Source: a bacterium (lineage in GTDB: Bacteria; UBA8248). From it: a DNA stretch of 64,000 nucleotides. The notes beneath the pieces were generated by a model, which was given only the letters and a program-made list of their open reading frames with translations, was not told where the DNA came from and searched no databases. The stretch is from positions 704,001 to 768,000 of the forward strand of contig OY843592.1 of assembly GCA_963692865.2 (NCBI GenBank), written 5' to 3'. This document shows, piece by piece, positions 23,270 to 34,080 of the stretch. The first letter of the stretch is position 1, and each line of letters starts with the position of its first letter. The position numbers and the translations under genes are program-made.

Positions 23270-24820
23270 ATGCGGAACAAGAATGAAAGGGCGGGGCGTC
23301 CGGCTCTCCTCTCGGCCCCGGCGTGTTTGCTTGCGCTGGCTTTTTTGTGTTTTGGATGCGGCGGCGCGGAGCCGCCCTCCCGTGAGCCTGCGGCGCCGGA
23401 GCAAAAGACGAGAGAGGCCGTTTCCCTGTCCGCCCGGGTGCTCAAGCGAGCGCCTTCTCCCGCCCGGCCTGCGCCCTCACCGGAATCAGAGACGCCGCCG
23501 GAGGCCGAGCCGTCCCCACCGAGCCGCGCCACGGTTTTGAGCGAAAAAGGAGAGGCGGCTTATCGGCAAGAGGACTACCGGCTTGCCGAAAAGAGGTTTC
23601 GCGAGGCGCTTGTCCATGATCCGGCGCTCCTCCATGCCCTCACGGGCCTCGGCTGGGCCCTTTACGATTCGGAACGCCCCGATGAGGCTTTCCTCTATTT
23701 CGAGCGGGCGAAAAAACTCTACCCGAACAGCGGGAGCGCGCGGCGTGGACTCGCCTACCTGTTGTATCGCTACGGGCGGCTGAAGGAGGCGACGGCGCTT
23801 CTCGGCTCGCTCGACAAGGCGATATGGCCTGAACTCGCCAACATCGAGTATGAACTCAAGGCTCGCTCGATCAAGGGATCGCCCGCCCCTCGGCTCCCGG
23901 GGGGAAAGGACGAGGAGAAGAGCGCTGAGCCGCCAACCGCGGCCGCGTTTCCCGAGCCGACCGAGCCTGCGTTGCAACGAGCGGCCAAGCCGCAATCAGC
24001 GCCGAAAACGGAGCCCGAGAACGAAACCGCGAAACTCGCGCGCGAGGTGTTGAAACCGCCGCGCCCGCCTGCCGAGAACATTGCGCCGCCGCCCGCCCGA
24101 AGGCCTTCTCTCAAGGGGATGGTGAACATTCCCGGCGGGCGCTTCATGATGGGCGTCGAGTTCGCTTATCCGAAAAGGGCGCGCGGCAGACGGCGGCGCA
24201 GGCGCGCGGCCCTGAAAGCAACGGGCGGCAGGCCCGTCGATGTCGCATCCTTTCGACTGGACAAGTTCGAGGTGACGAATTCTCTCTACGCGGATTTCGT
24301 GCGTGCGACGAGGGGGCCGGAGCCCCCCTTTTGGCGCAAAGTCCATTTCGCGGGGCCTCATCTGCCCGTGGTCGGGATTACCTGGGAGGAGGCGCGCGCG
24401 TACTGCGCGTGGGCCGGAAAGCGGTTGCCCACGGAGGCCGAATGGGAGTACGCCGCTCGGGGCGCGGGGAAGGGCAGGCGGTATCCGTGGGGCAACGCGC
24501 GGCGCGACAGGAACGCCGTTTTCGGCTTGAGTCCCGACGCGGGCGGCCCCAAGGCCGTGGGAAGGCGGCCCGATGGCGCCAGCGTTTACGGGGTGGAGGA
24601 TCTGGCCGGAAACGTCTGGGAGTGGGTGGAGGATGAATTCAGGACGAAGCCCGAAGACGCCCGGCCAATTACGCGAAACGGCCGGCCGCTCCGAACGCTC
24701 AAGGGCGGTTCGTGGGTGAACGGGTGGTGGGCGCTTGCCTCCTCCCACAGAACGGGCGACGTCCCCGAGCACAGATTGCCCGCATACGGGTTTCGTTGCG
24801 CGGCGGATGCGCCGAAATGA
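23270..24820 (+). CDS. TPR + formylglycine-generating-enzyme (SUMF1/FGE-sulfatase) domain protein, probable lipoprotein
   Basis: Signal ending in Cys; TPR helices; Pro-rich linker; FEVTN, RLPTEAEWEYAARG, DLAGNVWEW, GFRC. Confidence 0.85.
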   Translation: MRNKNERAGRPALLSAPACLLALAFLCFGCGGAEPPSREPAAPEQKTREAVSLSARVLKRAPSPARPAPSPESETPPEAEPSPPSRATVLSEKGEAAYRQEDYRLAEKRFREALVHDPALLHALTGLGWALYDSERPDEAFLYFERAKKLYPNSGSARRGLAYLLYRYGRLKEATALLGSLDKAIWPELANIEYELKARSIKGSPAPRLPGGKDEEKSAEPPTAAAFPEPTEPALQRAAKPQSAPKTEPENETAKLAREVLKPPRPPAENIAPPPARRPSLKGMVNIPGGRFMMGVEFAYPKRARGRRRRRRAALKATGGRPVDVASFRLDKFEVTNSLYADFVRATRGPEPPFWRKVHFAGPHLPVVGITWEEARAYCAWAGKRLPTEAEWEYAARGAGKGRRYPWGNARRDRNAVFGLSPDAGGPKAVGRRPDGASVYGVEDLAGNVWEWVEDEFRTKPEDARPITRNGRPLRTLKGGSWVNGWWALASSHRTGDVPEHRLPAYGFRCAADAPK

Positions 24821-24897
24821 GATATGCGAGTATAATTTCCCATACGTCTTTAATAAAATAAACGATGGAACACGACTCCCCGGAAAAGGAGAGTATC

Positions 24898-25425
24898 ATG
24901 CGTTCGAGAAATGGACGGTTTCTATTGCTGTTGCCCGCAGTTCTTGGGGCGCTCCTTTGGGCGGCGGGCGCCGAGGCGCAGAGCCTGACGCCGCCGCTGA
25001 CCCCGCCCGAGGCGCAGCCCGTTCCGGGCCAGTCGCCTTCCGCGGCCCCGACCCTCGCGCCGCCTGCGCCGGCGATGCCCCAGCAGGCTCCTCTAACTCC
25101 GGCAGAGCCGCAGCGTCCTCTGGACATCATCGTCACCATCACGCTGGCGACGGGAAGAGCGGAAACTTTCGCGCGCGAGATCGACCGGCTCGAAATCATC
25201 ACCGGAGCCGGCGGCGCGGTCGAGATGATCCATCTGCTTCTGGTCACGGGCGGGGAGCGCAACACGCACGTCTGGTACAACTACGGCCAGGTCGCCAAGC
25301 TGAGTTATCGCTTCGTCACCCCCGAGGGGAAGGCGAAGGTGTACGTGCGCCCGCTGCAGACTTCACCGACGACGAGGGACCTCACGGACAGGCTCGAGCC
25401 GCTCAGCCCCCGCGAGTTCAGGTAG
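24898..25425 (+). CDS. hypothetical exported protein
   Basis: RBS AGGAG, signal peptide ending AEA, Pro-rich linker, small beta-rich domain. Confidence 0.7.
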   Translation: MRSRNGRFLLLLPAVLGALLWAAGAEAQSLTPPLTPPEAQPVPGQSPSAAPTLAPPAPAMPQQAPLTPAEPQRPLDIIVTITLATGRAETFAREIDRLEIITGAGGAVEMIHLLLVTGGERNTHVWYNYGQVAKLSYRFVTPEGKAKVYVRPLQTSPTTRDLTDRLEPLSPREFR

Positions 25426-25437
25426 GGCGTTTCGCCG

Positions 25438-26337
25438 ATGAGCGACAAGGGCTACGCGAACCCGGACCTCGCCTTGACGCCCGCGCGGCTCGCAGAGCGC
25501 ATCGGCGAGCGCAAGGGAGACGACCTCGTCATCATCGACACGCGGCAGGCGCCCGAGTTTTGCGCGGGCCACATCGAGGGCGCCGCGCATCTGGATCTCT
25601 ACGGAATTTCGCTGAACGACACCCGCCCGCAGGCGCTGGCCGCCTTTACCTGGATGCTCGCCTATCTCATGGAGATACGGGGCGTCGACTACGACAAGAC
25701 GGTGGTCTTCTATCAGGAGAACGCGGGCTTTCGTTCGGCGCGCGGGTTCTGGTTCCTGGAGTATCTCGGCCATGAGGACGTCCATGTTCTGGACGGCGGC
25801 ATCGACGCCTGGAAAGCCGCGGGGCTGCCCGTGACGCGCGACGCCTGGCCGATGGCGGGTGGCCCCTACGAGGCGGGCGTCGAGGGCCACAGGCGCATCC
25901 TGAGAACCTCGTTCGCGAGCCGGCTCGAACCGTTCGAGGAGGGCCGCATCGCCACGGCGGACTATATACTGAACCATCTGGGCGATCCGGACGTTGCGAT
26001 TCACGACACGCGCTCGGAGGGCGAGTATTTCGCCGAGAACGTCCGGGCCGCGCGCGGCGGCGCGGTTCCGGGCTCGATCCACCTCGAATGGAGCGAGGCC
26101 GTCGCGGCGGACGGATCGCTCAAGCCCGCCCCCGAATTGAAGGCGCTGCTCGAACCGAGGGGCCTGACGCCCGACAGGGAAATGGCGCCGCTCTGCCAGG
26201 GCGGTTACCGCTCCGCCCACGCCTATCTCGTCTACCGGCTGCTCGGCTACCCGAGGATCAGGAACTATCTCGGCTCCTGGAAAGAGTGGGGCGACAGAAA
26301 AGACCTGCCCATTGAAGTCCCCAGGCGAAGCGCTTAA
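25438..26337 (+). CDS. tandem rhodanese sulfurtransferase (SseA/CysA-like)
   Basis: GHIEGA, VLDGG, active loop CQGGYRS, NYLGSWKEWG. Confidence 0.9.
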   Translation: MSDKGYANPDLALTPARLAERIGERKGDDLVIIDTRQAPEFCAGHIEGAAHLDLYGISLNDTRPQALAAFTWMLAYLMEIRGVDYDKTVVFYQENAGFRSARGFWFLEYLGHEDVHVLDGGIDAWKAAGLPVTRDAWPMAGGPYEAGVEGHRRILRTSFASRLEPFEEGRIATADYILNHLGDPDVAIHDTRSEGEYFAENVRAARGGAVPGSIHLEWSEAVAADGSLKPAPELKALLEPRGLTPDREMAPLCQGGYRSAHAYLVYRLLGYPRIRNYLGSWKEWGDRKDLPIEVPRRSA

Positions 26338-26361
26338 TCACCGGATCGGACTCGGCGCGGC

Positions 26362-26880
26362 TCAGCCGCCCTTCAGGACGCGCACGAGCGTTTGGGCGAC
26401 GACGCCGGCCACGGGCGGAATCCAGAACACGGCCATTACGCGGAACATAAAGAACTCCGATCCGAGGATGGGGATCTCATACGCGAACGCGCGCACCGGG
26501 CCGATCAGGGCCGATGCGGTAAGCATCGTAATCATCGGCCCGAAGCCCGCGCCTCCCTGGATCAGCCCGGCCACGAGCGGGTAGAGCACGAAGGGCGCGC
26601 CCATGGGGAACATGAACCCCGCCAGCCAGCCGATGAAGATGCCGCGCCAGCCGGATCGATCGGAGAGCCAGTTCTGTAGAATCTCCTTCGGCAGGACCTC
26701 GGCCACGAGCGCGCCGATGAACATGCCGAGAATGAGCTTGGGAAGAATGGTCACGATGAGGCTTCCCGCGCGGCCCGCGGGAGCCCAGGGCAATTCGCCT
26801 GATTTCTGATACGCCAGAAACGCCAGGAGCAGCGCGATGCCCGCGAGAAAAAGAGAGGTCTTGTCGAAAATGCCGGACAT
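26362..26880 (-). CDS. small predicted permease (DUF318-like)
   Basis: Hydrophobic; start MSGIFDK; PKEILQNWLS...G, PMGAPFVLYPL. Confidence 0.65.
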   Translation of the reverse strand: MSGIFDKTSLFLAGIALLLAFLAYQKSGELPWAPAGRAGSLIVTILPKLILGMFIGALVAEVLPKEILQNWLSDRSGWRGIFIGWLAGFMFPMGAPFVLYPLVAGLIQGGAGFGPMITMLTASALIGPVRAFAYEIPILGSEFFMFRVMAVFWIPPVAGVVAQTLVRVLKGG

Positions 26881-27037
26881 GTTCGTTCCTCTTGGAAAGG
26901 GAGCCGTAAAAACGCCGGTGGAACCCGTTCGGCGGGAACAGCGAGTATAGCCCCAGGGGGCGCCCCGGGTGAACCGATCCGGCGGATTTTGGCGAGGCGG
27001 GAAAGAGGGCGCTTCATCGGCTTTCAGGGAGAGGAAA

Positions 27038-28306
27038 TTGGCGGGAGCGTATCTCACCGCTTCCCTCGCCGGAACGGGCGGGCGGCTGCGGGCTAGACCA
27101 GAGGATTTCCGGGTGGAGGAGATTCCGCTCGCGCGCCCGAGCGGCGACGGGGAGCATCTCCATTTGTGGGTGGAAAAGCGAGGGGTTTCGACCATCGATG
27201 CGTTTCGGGCCTTGCGCCGGGCGCTGGATGTCCCCGAGGCGGAGGCGGGCTACGCGGGCCTGAAAGACGCCAATGCAGTGACGAGGCAATGGTTTTCTTT
27301 CAGGACGAAAACACGAAAACCTCCCGGCGCCGTCTCGAGGCTGGAGCAAAAGGGAATCCGGGTTCTCGAGGCGACGCGCTCCGGGAACCGCATAAGACAG
27401 GGCTTGCTCGCGGGCAATCGCTTCGAGATATTGGTTCGAGACGTCGGCCCTGAGGCCGGGCAGAAAGCCCGAGAAATTTTGGACTGCCTCGCCGCGCGGG
27501 GGCTGCCCAATGCGTTCGGCGATCAGAGGTTCGGGGTTCACGGCCATACGGCGCGGGTCGGTTTCGAGCTCGCGAGAGGAGACTGGCGTGGCGTGCTGGA
27601 TGTGCTCCTTGGCCTTTCCCGATTTTCCCTTGCGCCGGGACATGTCGACGCCCGCCTTGTGGAAGCCGCGCACAGGTATGAGGCGGGCGGGTTCAGGGGG
27701 GCGAGGGAACTCTATCCCCCTTCCTGGGAAGCGGAGAGGCGCTCGCTCGCCGGCCTGGCGGCAGGGGCCTCGCCCCGGCAGGCGGCGGCTTCGATTCCCT
27801 TGAGGGAGCGGGTCTTGTATGGCGGCGCGCTTCAGGCCGCCGTGTTCAACTCGTGTCTGGCGGGAAGGCTCGAAGCGGGCGCGCACGATCGCATCTGGAC
27901 GGGCGAGGTGATTTTGCACCACGAAACGGGCAAGACCAGGAGGGTGGGCGCGCCGGAGACGGAGGCGCGCTCGCTTGCGCGCTTCGAGATTAGCCCGGCG
28001 GGGCCCCTGATTGGCCGGAAACTCATCGAAGCCCGCGGGGAGGCGGGAAAACTCGAGAGAAGCGTGCTAGAATCCCTCGGCGTCGAGGGGCCGGATATTC
28101 TCGATGGACTCGAAAAGCTGAAACTTTATGGCTCCAGACGCCCGTATCGCGCGCAAATAAAAGAGATGAGCCTGAGGCCGGAAAAAGAAGGCCTGCGCCT
28201 CGGGTTCACCCTGCCGCCGGGGGCGTATGCGAGCGAGGTGTTGCGGGAGTTGACGAAAAACGAACCTCCGGTGGGCGCCGTCACGCGCATCGGGGGCGGG
28301 CGCTGA
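27038..28306 (+). CDS. truD: tRNA pseudouridine(13) synthase TruD
   Basis: PEDFRVEE, AGLKDANAVTRQW, GNRFEI, PNAFGDQRFG, LPPGAYA. Confidence 0.93.
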   Translation: MAGAYLTASLAGTGGRLRARPEDFRVEEIPLARPSGDGEHLHLWVEKRGVSTIDAFRALRRALDVPEAEAGYAGLKDANAVTRQWFSFRTKTRKPPGAVSRLEQKGIRVLEATRSGNRIRQGLLAGNRFEILVRDVGPEAGQKAREILDCLAARGLPNAFGDQRFGVHGHTARVGFELARGDWRGVLDVLLGLSRFSLAPGHVDARLVEAAHRYEAGGFRGARELYPPSWEAERRSLAGLAAGASPRQAAASIPLRERVLYGGALQAAVFNSCLAGRLEAGAHDRIWTGEVILHHETGKTRRVGAPETEARSLARFEISPAGPLIGRKLIEARGEAGKLERSVLESLGVEGPDILDGLEKLKLYGSRRPYRAQIKEMSLRPEKEGLRLGFTLPPGAYASEVLRELTKNEPPVGAVTRIGGGR

Positions 28307-28342
28307 GCGGATCTGGCCGCTTCGTGGGGGAGGTAGTGAATC

Positions 28343-29245
28343 ATGAAGGTTTTTTTGACGGGCGGAACAGGATATGTCGGAGGCGCGCTGCTTTCCCTTC
28401 TGTCGCTGGCGGGCCATGAGATCAGGATGCTCTCACGCGACCCCGAACCGGCGAGGCAGCGCCTCACCTCGACGAGCGGGGCCTTTCCCGTACGCGGTGA
28501 CATCACTGAATACTCGGTCGACCAACTTGCCGAGTTGATGAAGAAACAAGACGCCGTGATCCACCTGGTGGGCATCATCATCGAGAAGGGAACGCCCGGT
28601 TTCGAGGCGGTCCACACCGAGGGCACGCGCCGCATGGTGGCCGCCGCCGAGCAGGCGGGGGTGAAGCGTTTCGTGCACATGAGCGCCCTGGGCACCAGGG
28701 AGAACGCCGTCGCCCGCTATCATAAATCCAAGTTCGCCGCCGAACAGTTCGTCCGCGAGAGCGATCTGGACTGGACGATTTTCCGGCCCTCCATCATCTT
28801 CGGCGAGAACGACGAGTTCCTGAACACCTTCGCGGGCATCGCGCGCATGGCGCCCGCTCTTCCCCTCATCGGCGGAGGAGAGGGAAAGCTCCAGCCCATC
28901 TGGGTGGAGGACGTGTGCCGATGCTTCGCGCAATGCCTCGCCATGCCCGAGACCGTCGGACAGACTTACGACATGGGCGGAGACGCCGCCTATTCGATCA
29001 GGGATATCCTCTCCATGCTGGTGAAGGCGATGGGGAAAAGAAGACTGCTCGTGAACCTGCCCACGCCCATCGCGCGCCTGCAGGCCAGGCTGTTCAACCT
29101 GCTCCCCATGAAGCCCCCCTTTACCGAGGATCAGATAACGATGCTGGGCGAGGACAACGTGTGCGATCCGGCGCCGATGAAAGAGGCTTTCGGCCTCACG
29201 CCTCGGACGCTGGAGAATTATCTGGCCGATCACTTCGGCAGGTAG
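28343..29245 (+). CDS. NAD-dependent epimerase, complex I NDUFA9-like
   Basis: TGGTGYVG, HLVGII, MSALG, YHKSK, FRPSIIFG. Confidence 0.88.
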   Translation: MKVFLTGGTGYVGGALLSLLSLAGHEIRMLSRDPEPARQRLTSTSGAFPVRGDITEYSVDQLAELMKKQDAVIHLVGIIIEKGTPGFEAVHTEGTRRMVAAAEQAGVKRFVHMSALGTRENAVARYHKSKFAAEQFVRESDLDWTIFRPSIIFGENDEFLNTFAGIARMAPALPLIGGGEGKLQPIWVEDVCRCFAQCLAMPETVGQTYDMGGDAAYSIRDILSMLVKAMGKRRLLVNLPTPIARLQARLFNLLPMKPPFTEDQITMLGEDNVCDPAPMKEAFGLTPRTLENYLADHFGR

Positions 29246-29286
29246 GCCCGAGAGGCAGATTAAAAGGCGGGAGACTCGCCCGCGCC

Positions 29287-30438
29287 TCATCGTCCGTTCT
29301 TTTTTCCATCCGTGTTGCAGAGCGCGTTTTTGGCCGCGCGCCATGCGGCCCGCTGGGCGGTGGAGACGGGGAGCGTGCGGAAGTCTTCCTCGGACGCCCA
29401 CAGCAATCCGCTCTGGTTGGCCGCCGGCGCGATCTTCCCGAGATTTTCCCCCAGGTACACGACGAACAGAATCTTCCTGTGAGTGAGCGTTCTCTGGATT
29501 CTGGCGAGTTCGCGTCCTGGCCGCCAGCCCGGCCCGAGGAGTTTTGCGCACTGCGCTCTCAGCCGGCGGGGGTCGGCTCTCTCGCGGTGGCCATCCACCA
29601 TGAAGCCGGGCAACTCCCACATGCCGCCGAAAAGGCCCGTTTTCTCCCTTTGGGTGAGAAGAACCCGCCCGCCCTGTTCCGCCCGGAACTGGAAAACGGT
29701 GACCGGCGCGGGCGGTTTTTTGGCGGTTTTCACCGGGAGGGCGTCCTGGGTTCCGGCTTCGTGTCCCGCGCACAGATCGCGCACGGGACACCCTGCGCAA
29801 CCGGGGTTTTTGGGCAGGCAGACTCGGGATCCCAAGTCCATCAGCGCCTCGTTGAAGTCGCCGGGCCTTGCGCGCGGAACGAGCGCTTGCGTCTCCTCTC
29901 GGATGGCTTTTTGAGCGGGTGGGGAATCAACCGGGAGCGAGAAGTTCATGATGCGGCTCATGACCCGCAGGACGTTCCCGTCTATGGCCGCGCACCGCTC
30001 TCCGAAGGCGATGCTGGCGATCGCCCCCGCCATGTAGGGACCGACCCCCGGCAAAGCCAGCAGCGCGGCGCTCGTTTCGGGCATTGCGCCTCCGCCGTCT
30101 CTCGCCACCTGCTGCGCGGCGCGGTGAAGATTTCTCGCGCGGCCGTAATAGCCGAGACCCTGCCATTCGGCCAGCACGGCGTCCAGGGGCGCGTCGGCCA
30201 GAGAGGCCAGGGTGGGAAACCGCTCGATGAAGGCGGGATAGCGAAGCCGGACGGTCTCCGCCCGGGTTTGCTGGAGCATGGCTTCCGAAACCCAGATCCG
30301 GTAGGGGTCTTTCTCGCCGCGCCAGGGGAATTCTCTTTTCTCCTTCTCGTACCAGCTCAGGATGCGCCTTCTGAACCGCCTCCGCCCGGGGGGAGCGAAC
30401 CGGAGGCTTTTCGGTCTGTTTTTCGCGTTGTTTGACAT
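29287..30438 (-). CDS. mutY: A/G-specific adenine glycosylase
   Basis: WVSEAMLQQT, WQGLGYYGRARNLH, LPGVGPY, DGNV, FCL cysteine cluster. Confidence 0.96.
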   Translation of the reverse strand: MSNNAKNRPKSLRFAPPGRRRFRRRILSWYEKEKREFPWRGEKDPYRIWVSEAMLQQTRAETVRLRYPAFIERFPTLASLADAPLDAVLAEWQGLGYYGRARNLHRAAQQVARDGGGAMPETSAALLALPGVGPYMAGAIASIAFGERCAAIDGNVLRVMSRIMNFSLPVDSPPAQKAIREETQALVPRARPGDFNEALMDLGSRVCLPKNPGCAGCPVRDLCAGHEAGTQDALPVKTAKKPPAPVTVFQFRAEQGGRVLLTQREKTGLFGGMWELPGFMVDGHRERADPRRLRAQCAKLLGPGWRPGRELARIQRTLTHRKILFVVYLGENLGKIAPAANQSGLLWASEEDFRTLPVSTAQRAAWRAAKNALCNTDGKKNGR

Positions 30439-30514
30439 GCGCAGGGCCAGCCGTTATCAAGCGAGTACGTGGTTTCCAGAGACGCCGCTCCAGGTTTCGG
30501 AGTAATGATAGAGC

Positions 30515-31684
30515 ATGAGCGTGGCGATCAAAAACGGATGGCGCATGAAACGGGTGGCGGCGCTGGCGGTTTTTTGTTGCGCCTGCGCCGGCGTTGCGGA
30601 GGCGGTTTCGCCGGGCAGAATCGTCGTCGGGCTGGCGTCGAATCTGTCGAGAGCGGCCGGGACTGCGGGCCGGGAAGCCCGCAACGCGCTTTTGCTTGAA
30701 ATCGAGCGGATCAACCGCAGGGGCGTCGCCGGCGCGCACATGTTCCTTCTCACCCTCGACACCAAAGGAAGCCCCCAAGCGGCCGCCGCCGCCGTCCGCA
30801 GTCTCGCGCGCGAGCACAAAGCCGTCGCCGTGATAGGACCCGCCGAGCATTACGCCGCCATCGCCGCCGCCAAGGCGGCGCAGGAAGAACGGCTGACGCT
30901 TTTCTCCCTGACCGCTCCAGAGGAGATTCTCGTCCCGGCGCGCAAGTGGGTGTTTTCCACCGCGATACCGGCGTCGCTGCCCGTCCGGCTGATACTGGGG
31001 CACCTGAAGAGCAGGGGGATCAAGCGCGCGGCGGTGCTGGGTTCGTCCCTGGGTTACGGCACCGAGGGGCGCGAGCAGATCACCGCGCTGGCGCCCGATT
31101 TCGGCGTATCCATCCTCCTGAACGAATCCTTCAAGCCTGGCGAGCATAATTTCCTGCCCTTCCTGAAGCGCGCGTCTCGGCGCGGCGTCGGGGGTTTCGT
31201 GCACTGGGCGCGCGGGGGGTCGCGCGTGGATCTGGTGCGCGCTCGCGCGGCGCTCGACCTCAAGATGCCGCTCTACGTTTCTCTTGCGTCTCCGGGGCTG
31301 TTTGGCCCCAAGAGCGGGGGCCGGGCCGCCGAGGGCGTGGTGTTTCCCGCCTCGTGGATCGCGGCGACCCGCCTTCTGGACGAATCGCATCCCGCCAGGG
31401 GAGACCTCATGGCGTTCCGGGCCGCATACCGCAAGAAATACAAGAGCGCGCCGGGCGAGACGGCCGCCGCCGCCGCCGACGCGCTGCGCCTTCTGGCTTG
31501 GGCGGCGCGGGGCGTGGGCGCGAACCGGGAGAGAATCCCCGCGGGCGTGGAGGAGGCGCGCTATTTCATTGGACTGAACGGGATCTACGGCTTTTCCCAA
31601 GACAATCACAACGCCCTGGACGCCGCCTCTCTCGCCCTGGTGCGCGTGAGAAAGAGCAAGTGGGAACTGGTGAAGGGGAAGTAG
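30515..31684 (+). CDS. ABC transporter substrate-binding protein, LivK/branched-chain type (orphan)
   Basis: Signal peptide; INRRGVAG...DTKGSP...VIGP; no permease genes adjacent. Confidence 0.75.
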   Translation: MSVAIKNGWRMKRVAALAVFCCACAGVAEAVSPGRIVVGLASNLSRAAGTAGREARNALLLEIERINRRGVAGAHMFLLTLDTKGSPQAAAAAVRSLAREHKAVAVIGPAEHYAAIAAAKAAQEERLTLFSLTAPEEILVPARKWVFSTAIPASLPVRLILGHLKSRGIKRAAVLGSSLGYGTEGREQITALAPDFGVSILLNESFKPGEHNFLPFLKRASRRGVGGFVHWARGGSRVDLVRARAALDLKMPLYVSLASPGLFGPKSGGRAAEGVVFPASWIAATRLLDESHPARGDLMAFRAAYRKKYKSAPGETAAAAADALRLLAWAARGVGANRERIPAGVEEARYFIGLNGIYGFSQDNHNALDAASLALVRVRKSKWELVKGK

Positions 31685-31766
31685 GGGGGAGGTGCGCTGT
31701 GGTTTGCCTGGCCGGAGGGAGCGCATTCGGTGTCGTTTAATAGCGTTGATTTTATGTTCCAAACCC

Positions 31767-31827
31767 TTGACAGAAGCCCGTTTGGGGCGTATATATGCGA
31801 CTGGATGGGTCGGCGACCATTTGGGTC
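31767..31827 (+). promoter_or_regulatory. candidate sigma70 promoter with two IscR type-1-like operator cores
   Basis: TTGACA (31767)-17 nt-TATATA; GAC-N7-GTC at 31799-31811 and 31815-31827. Confidence 0.5.
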
Positions 31828-31911
31828 GCATTTAGTGGGGGAAAGACGCCGTCAGCTTCCAAATGGTCGGATTTGACCGATAATCCTGTATAATTCAAGG
31901 CGGTGTGCGGA

Positions 31912-32337
31912 ATGTTCACGATTGCGAAGCGCACGGATTACGGCCTGATGGCGCTCTCCTTCCTCGCGGAGCAGGAAGAGGACGAGGCGATTACCTCGCG
32001 CGCCATCGCGCAGAGGTTCCACATTCCCGCCGAACTGCTCGCGAAGACAATGCAGCTTCTGGCCAAAAACGGCCTCGTGGAATCGAGAAACGGCCCCAAG
32101 GGCGGCTACGTGCTCTCCCGCAGGCCCGAGAGCATCTCGGTGGCCGAGGTCATCCGGGCCATCGAGGGGCCCATCGCCATGGCGACGTGCCAGATCGGCG
32201 ACGCCGCGGGTTGTGAACAATACGAGAAATGCACGATTTTTTATCCCATGGAGAGGATCCAGAAAAAGGTGACCGACGTGCTTGAGGGAATGACCCTTCA
32301 GGACATGGTGGGTACGCCGGCAGGAGAGATCAGATGA
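31912..32337 (+). CDS. iscR: Rrf2-family regulator, IscR-like
   Basis: wHTH with [14 protein letters not shown]; three C-terminal Cys; heads the isc operon. Confidence 0.85.
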   Translation: MFTIAKRTDYGLMALSFLAEQEEDEAITSRAIAQRFHIPAELLAKTMQLLAKNGLVESRNGPKGGYVLSRRPESISVAEVIRAIEGPIAMATCQIGDAAGCEQYEKCTIFYPMERIQKKVTDVLEGMTLQDMVGTPAGEIR

Positions 32338-33554
32338 GCTTGAAGTTCCCTATTTACATGGATTACCAGGCGACGACGCCCATGGACCCGCGCGTCCTCG
32401 AGGAAATGAATCCCTACTTCGACGACAAGTTCGGCAACGCCGCGAGCCGCAACCACAGCTTCGGCTGGGAGGCGGAAAAGGCCGTGGACGACGCCCGGGA
32501 GAAACTCGCCGCCGTCATAGGCGCAGACCCGCGCGAGATCATCTTCACGAGCGGGGCCACGGAGTCGGACAACATGGCGCTCAAGGGCGTCGCCGAGATG
32601 TACAAGAAAAAGGGCAACCACGTCGTCACCTCGGCGATCGAGCACAAGGCCATCATCGACTCCGCCAAGCGCCTGGAGACGTGGGGCTTCGACGTCACCT
32701 ACATCGAGCCTCCCGAGGACGGCATCACGACGGCGGAGATGGTCGAGAACGCCCTGCGCGACGACACCATACTCGTCTCCATCATGGCGGCGAACAACGA
32801 GGTCGGCGTGCTGAACCCCATCGCCGAAATCGGCGCGCTTTGCCGGGGCCGCGGCATCCTCTTTCACACCGACGCCACGCAGGGCTACGGCAAGATTCCC
32901 ATCGACGTGGACGAGATGAACATCGATCTCCTCTCGGCCACCGCCCACAAGCTCTACGGACCGAAGGGCGTGGGGCTGATATACGTTCGCAGGCGCAGGC
33001 CGCGCGTTCGCCTTTCCGCCATCATTGACGGCGGCGGCCACGAGCGTGGAATGCGCTCGGGCACGCTGAACGTCTCTGGCATCGTCGGCTTCGGCAAGGC
33101 GGCCGAGTTGTGCATGGAGGAGATGGAAGAGGAGAACATCCGCCTGACGAACCTGCGCGACAAGTTCAAGGCCACCATGTTCGAGAGCCTCGAAGAGGTG
33201 TACGTGAACGGCCATGAGACCAAGCGCCTCTCGGGCAACCTGAATTTGAGTTTCCCGTACGTGGAGGGTGAATCGCTCATCATGGGGCTGAGCGACGTGG
33301 CCGTATCTTCGGGTTCGGCCTGCACCTCGGCGAGCTTGGAGCCGAGCTACGTGCTCAAATCCATGGGCCGGGGCGACGAACTGGCGCATTCGTCGATTCG
33401 CTACGGCTTCGGGCGTTTCACCACCGAGGAGGAGATAGACTACGTGGCCGAAAAAACGACGGACATCGTGAACCGGCTTCGCGAGATGAGTCCGCTTTAC
33501 GAGATGGTGAAAGAGGGCGTGGACCTCTCCAAGGTGGAATGGCAGTCGCATTAA
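32334..33554 (+). CDS. iscS: cysteine desulfurase
   Basis: [35 protein letters not shown]. Confidence 0.98.
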   Translation: MSLKFPIYMDYQATTPMDPRVLEEMNPYFDDKFGNAASRNHSFGWEAEKAVDDAREKLAAVIGADPREIIFTSGATESDNMALKGVAEMYKKKGNHVVTSAIEHKAIIDSAKRLETWGFDVTYIEPPEDGITTAEMVENALRDDTILVSIMAANNEVGVLNPIAEIGALCRGRGILFHTDATQGYGKIPIDVDEMNIDLLSATAHKLYGPKGVGLIYVRRRRPRVRLSAIIDGGGHERGMRSGTLNVSGIVGFGKAAELCMEEMEEENIRLTNLRDKFKATMFESLEEVYVNGHETKRLSGNLNLSFPYVEGESLIMGLSDVAVSSGSACTSASLEPSYVLKSMGRGDELAHSSIRYGFGRFTTEEEIDYVAEKTTDIVNRLREMSPLYEMVKEGVDLSKVEWQSH

Positions 33555-33638
33555 AGAAGCGTTAAGCTTATTTTGATATAGAGCCTGCGGCTCAGGGCAA
33601 TCTGGAATCGCAGCGATTGGAAAAAGGAGAACGGGAAA

Positions 33639-34049
33639 ATGGCTTACAGCGACAAGGTGGTCGATCACTACAACAACCCGCGCAACGTCGGCTCGCTCGA
33701 CAAGAACGACCAGACGGTGGGCACGGGCATCGTGGGCGCGCCCGAATGCGGCGACGTGATGAAGCTCCAGATCAAGGTGGACGACGGCGGCCTCATCGAG
33801 GATGCGAAGTTCAAGACCTTCGGCTGCGGAAGCGCCATCGCGTCGAGTTCCCTGGCCACCGAGTGGCTCAAGGGCAAGTCGGTGGACGAGGCCGAGGAGA
33901 TCAAGAACACGCAGATCGTCGAGGAGCTGAACCTCCCGCCGGTGAAGATCCACTGCTCGGTGCTGGCCGAAGACGCCATCAAGACCGCGCTGAACGATTT
34001 TCGCGAGAAAAACGGGATGCCGGTCGTCGAGCGCAAGGGCCACCACTAG
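33639..34049 (+). CDS. iscU: Fe-S cluster scaffold
   Basis: GAPECGDVM, FGCGSAIAS, LPPVKIHCS. Confidence 0.98.
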   Translation: MAYSDKVVDHYNNPRNVGSLDKNDQTVGTGIVGAPECGDVMKLQIKVDDGGLIEDAKFKTFGCGSAIASSSLATEWLKGKSVDEAEEIKNTQIVEELNLPPVKIHCSVLAEDAIKTALNDFREKNGMPVVERKGHH

Positions 34050-34080
34050 AAGCGGGCGATTCACCTGTAAGAGGCAGGAT

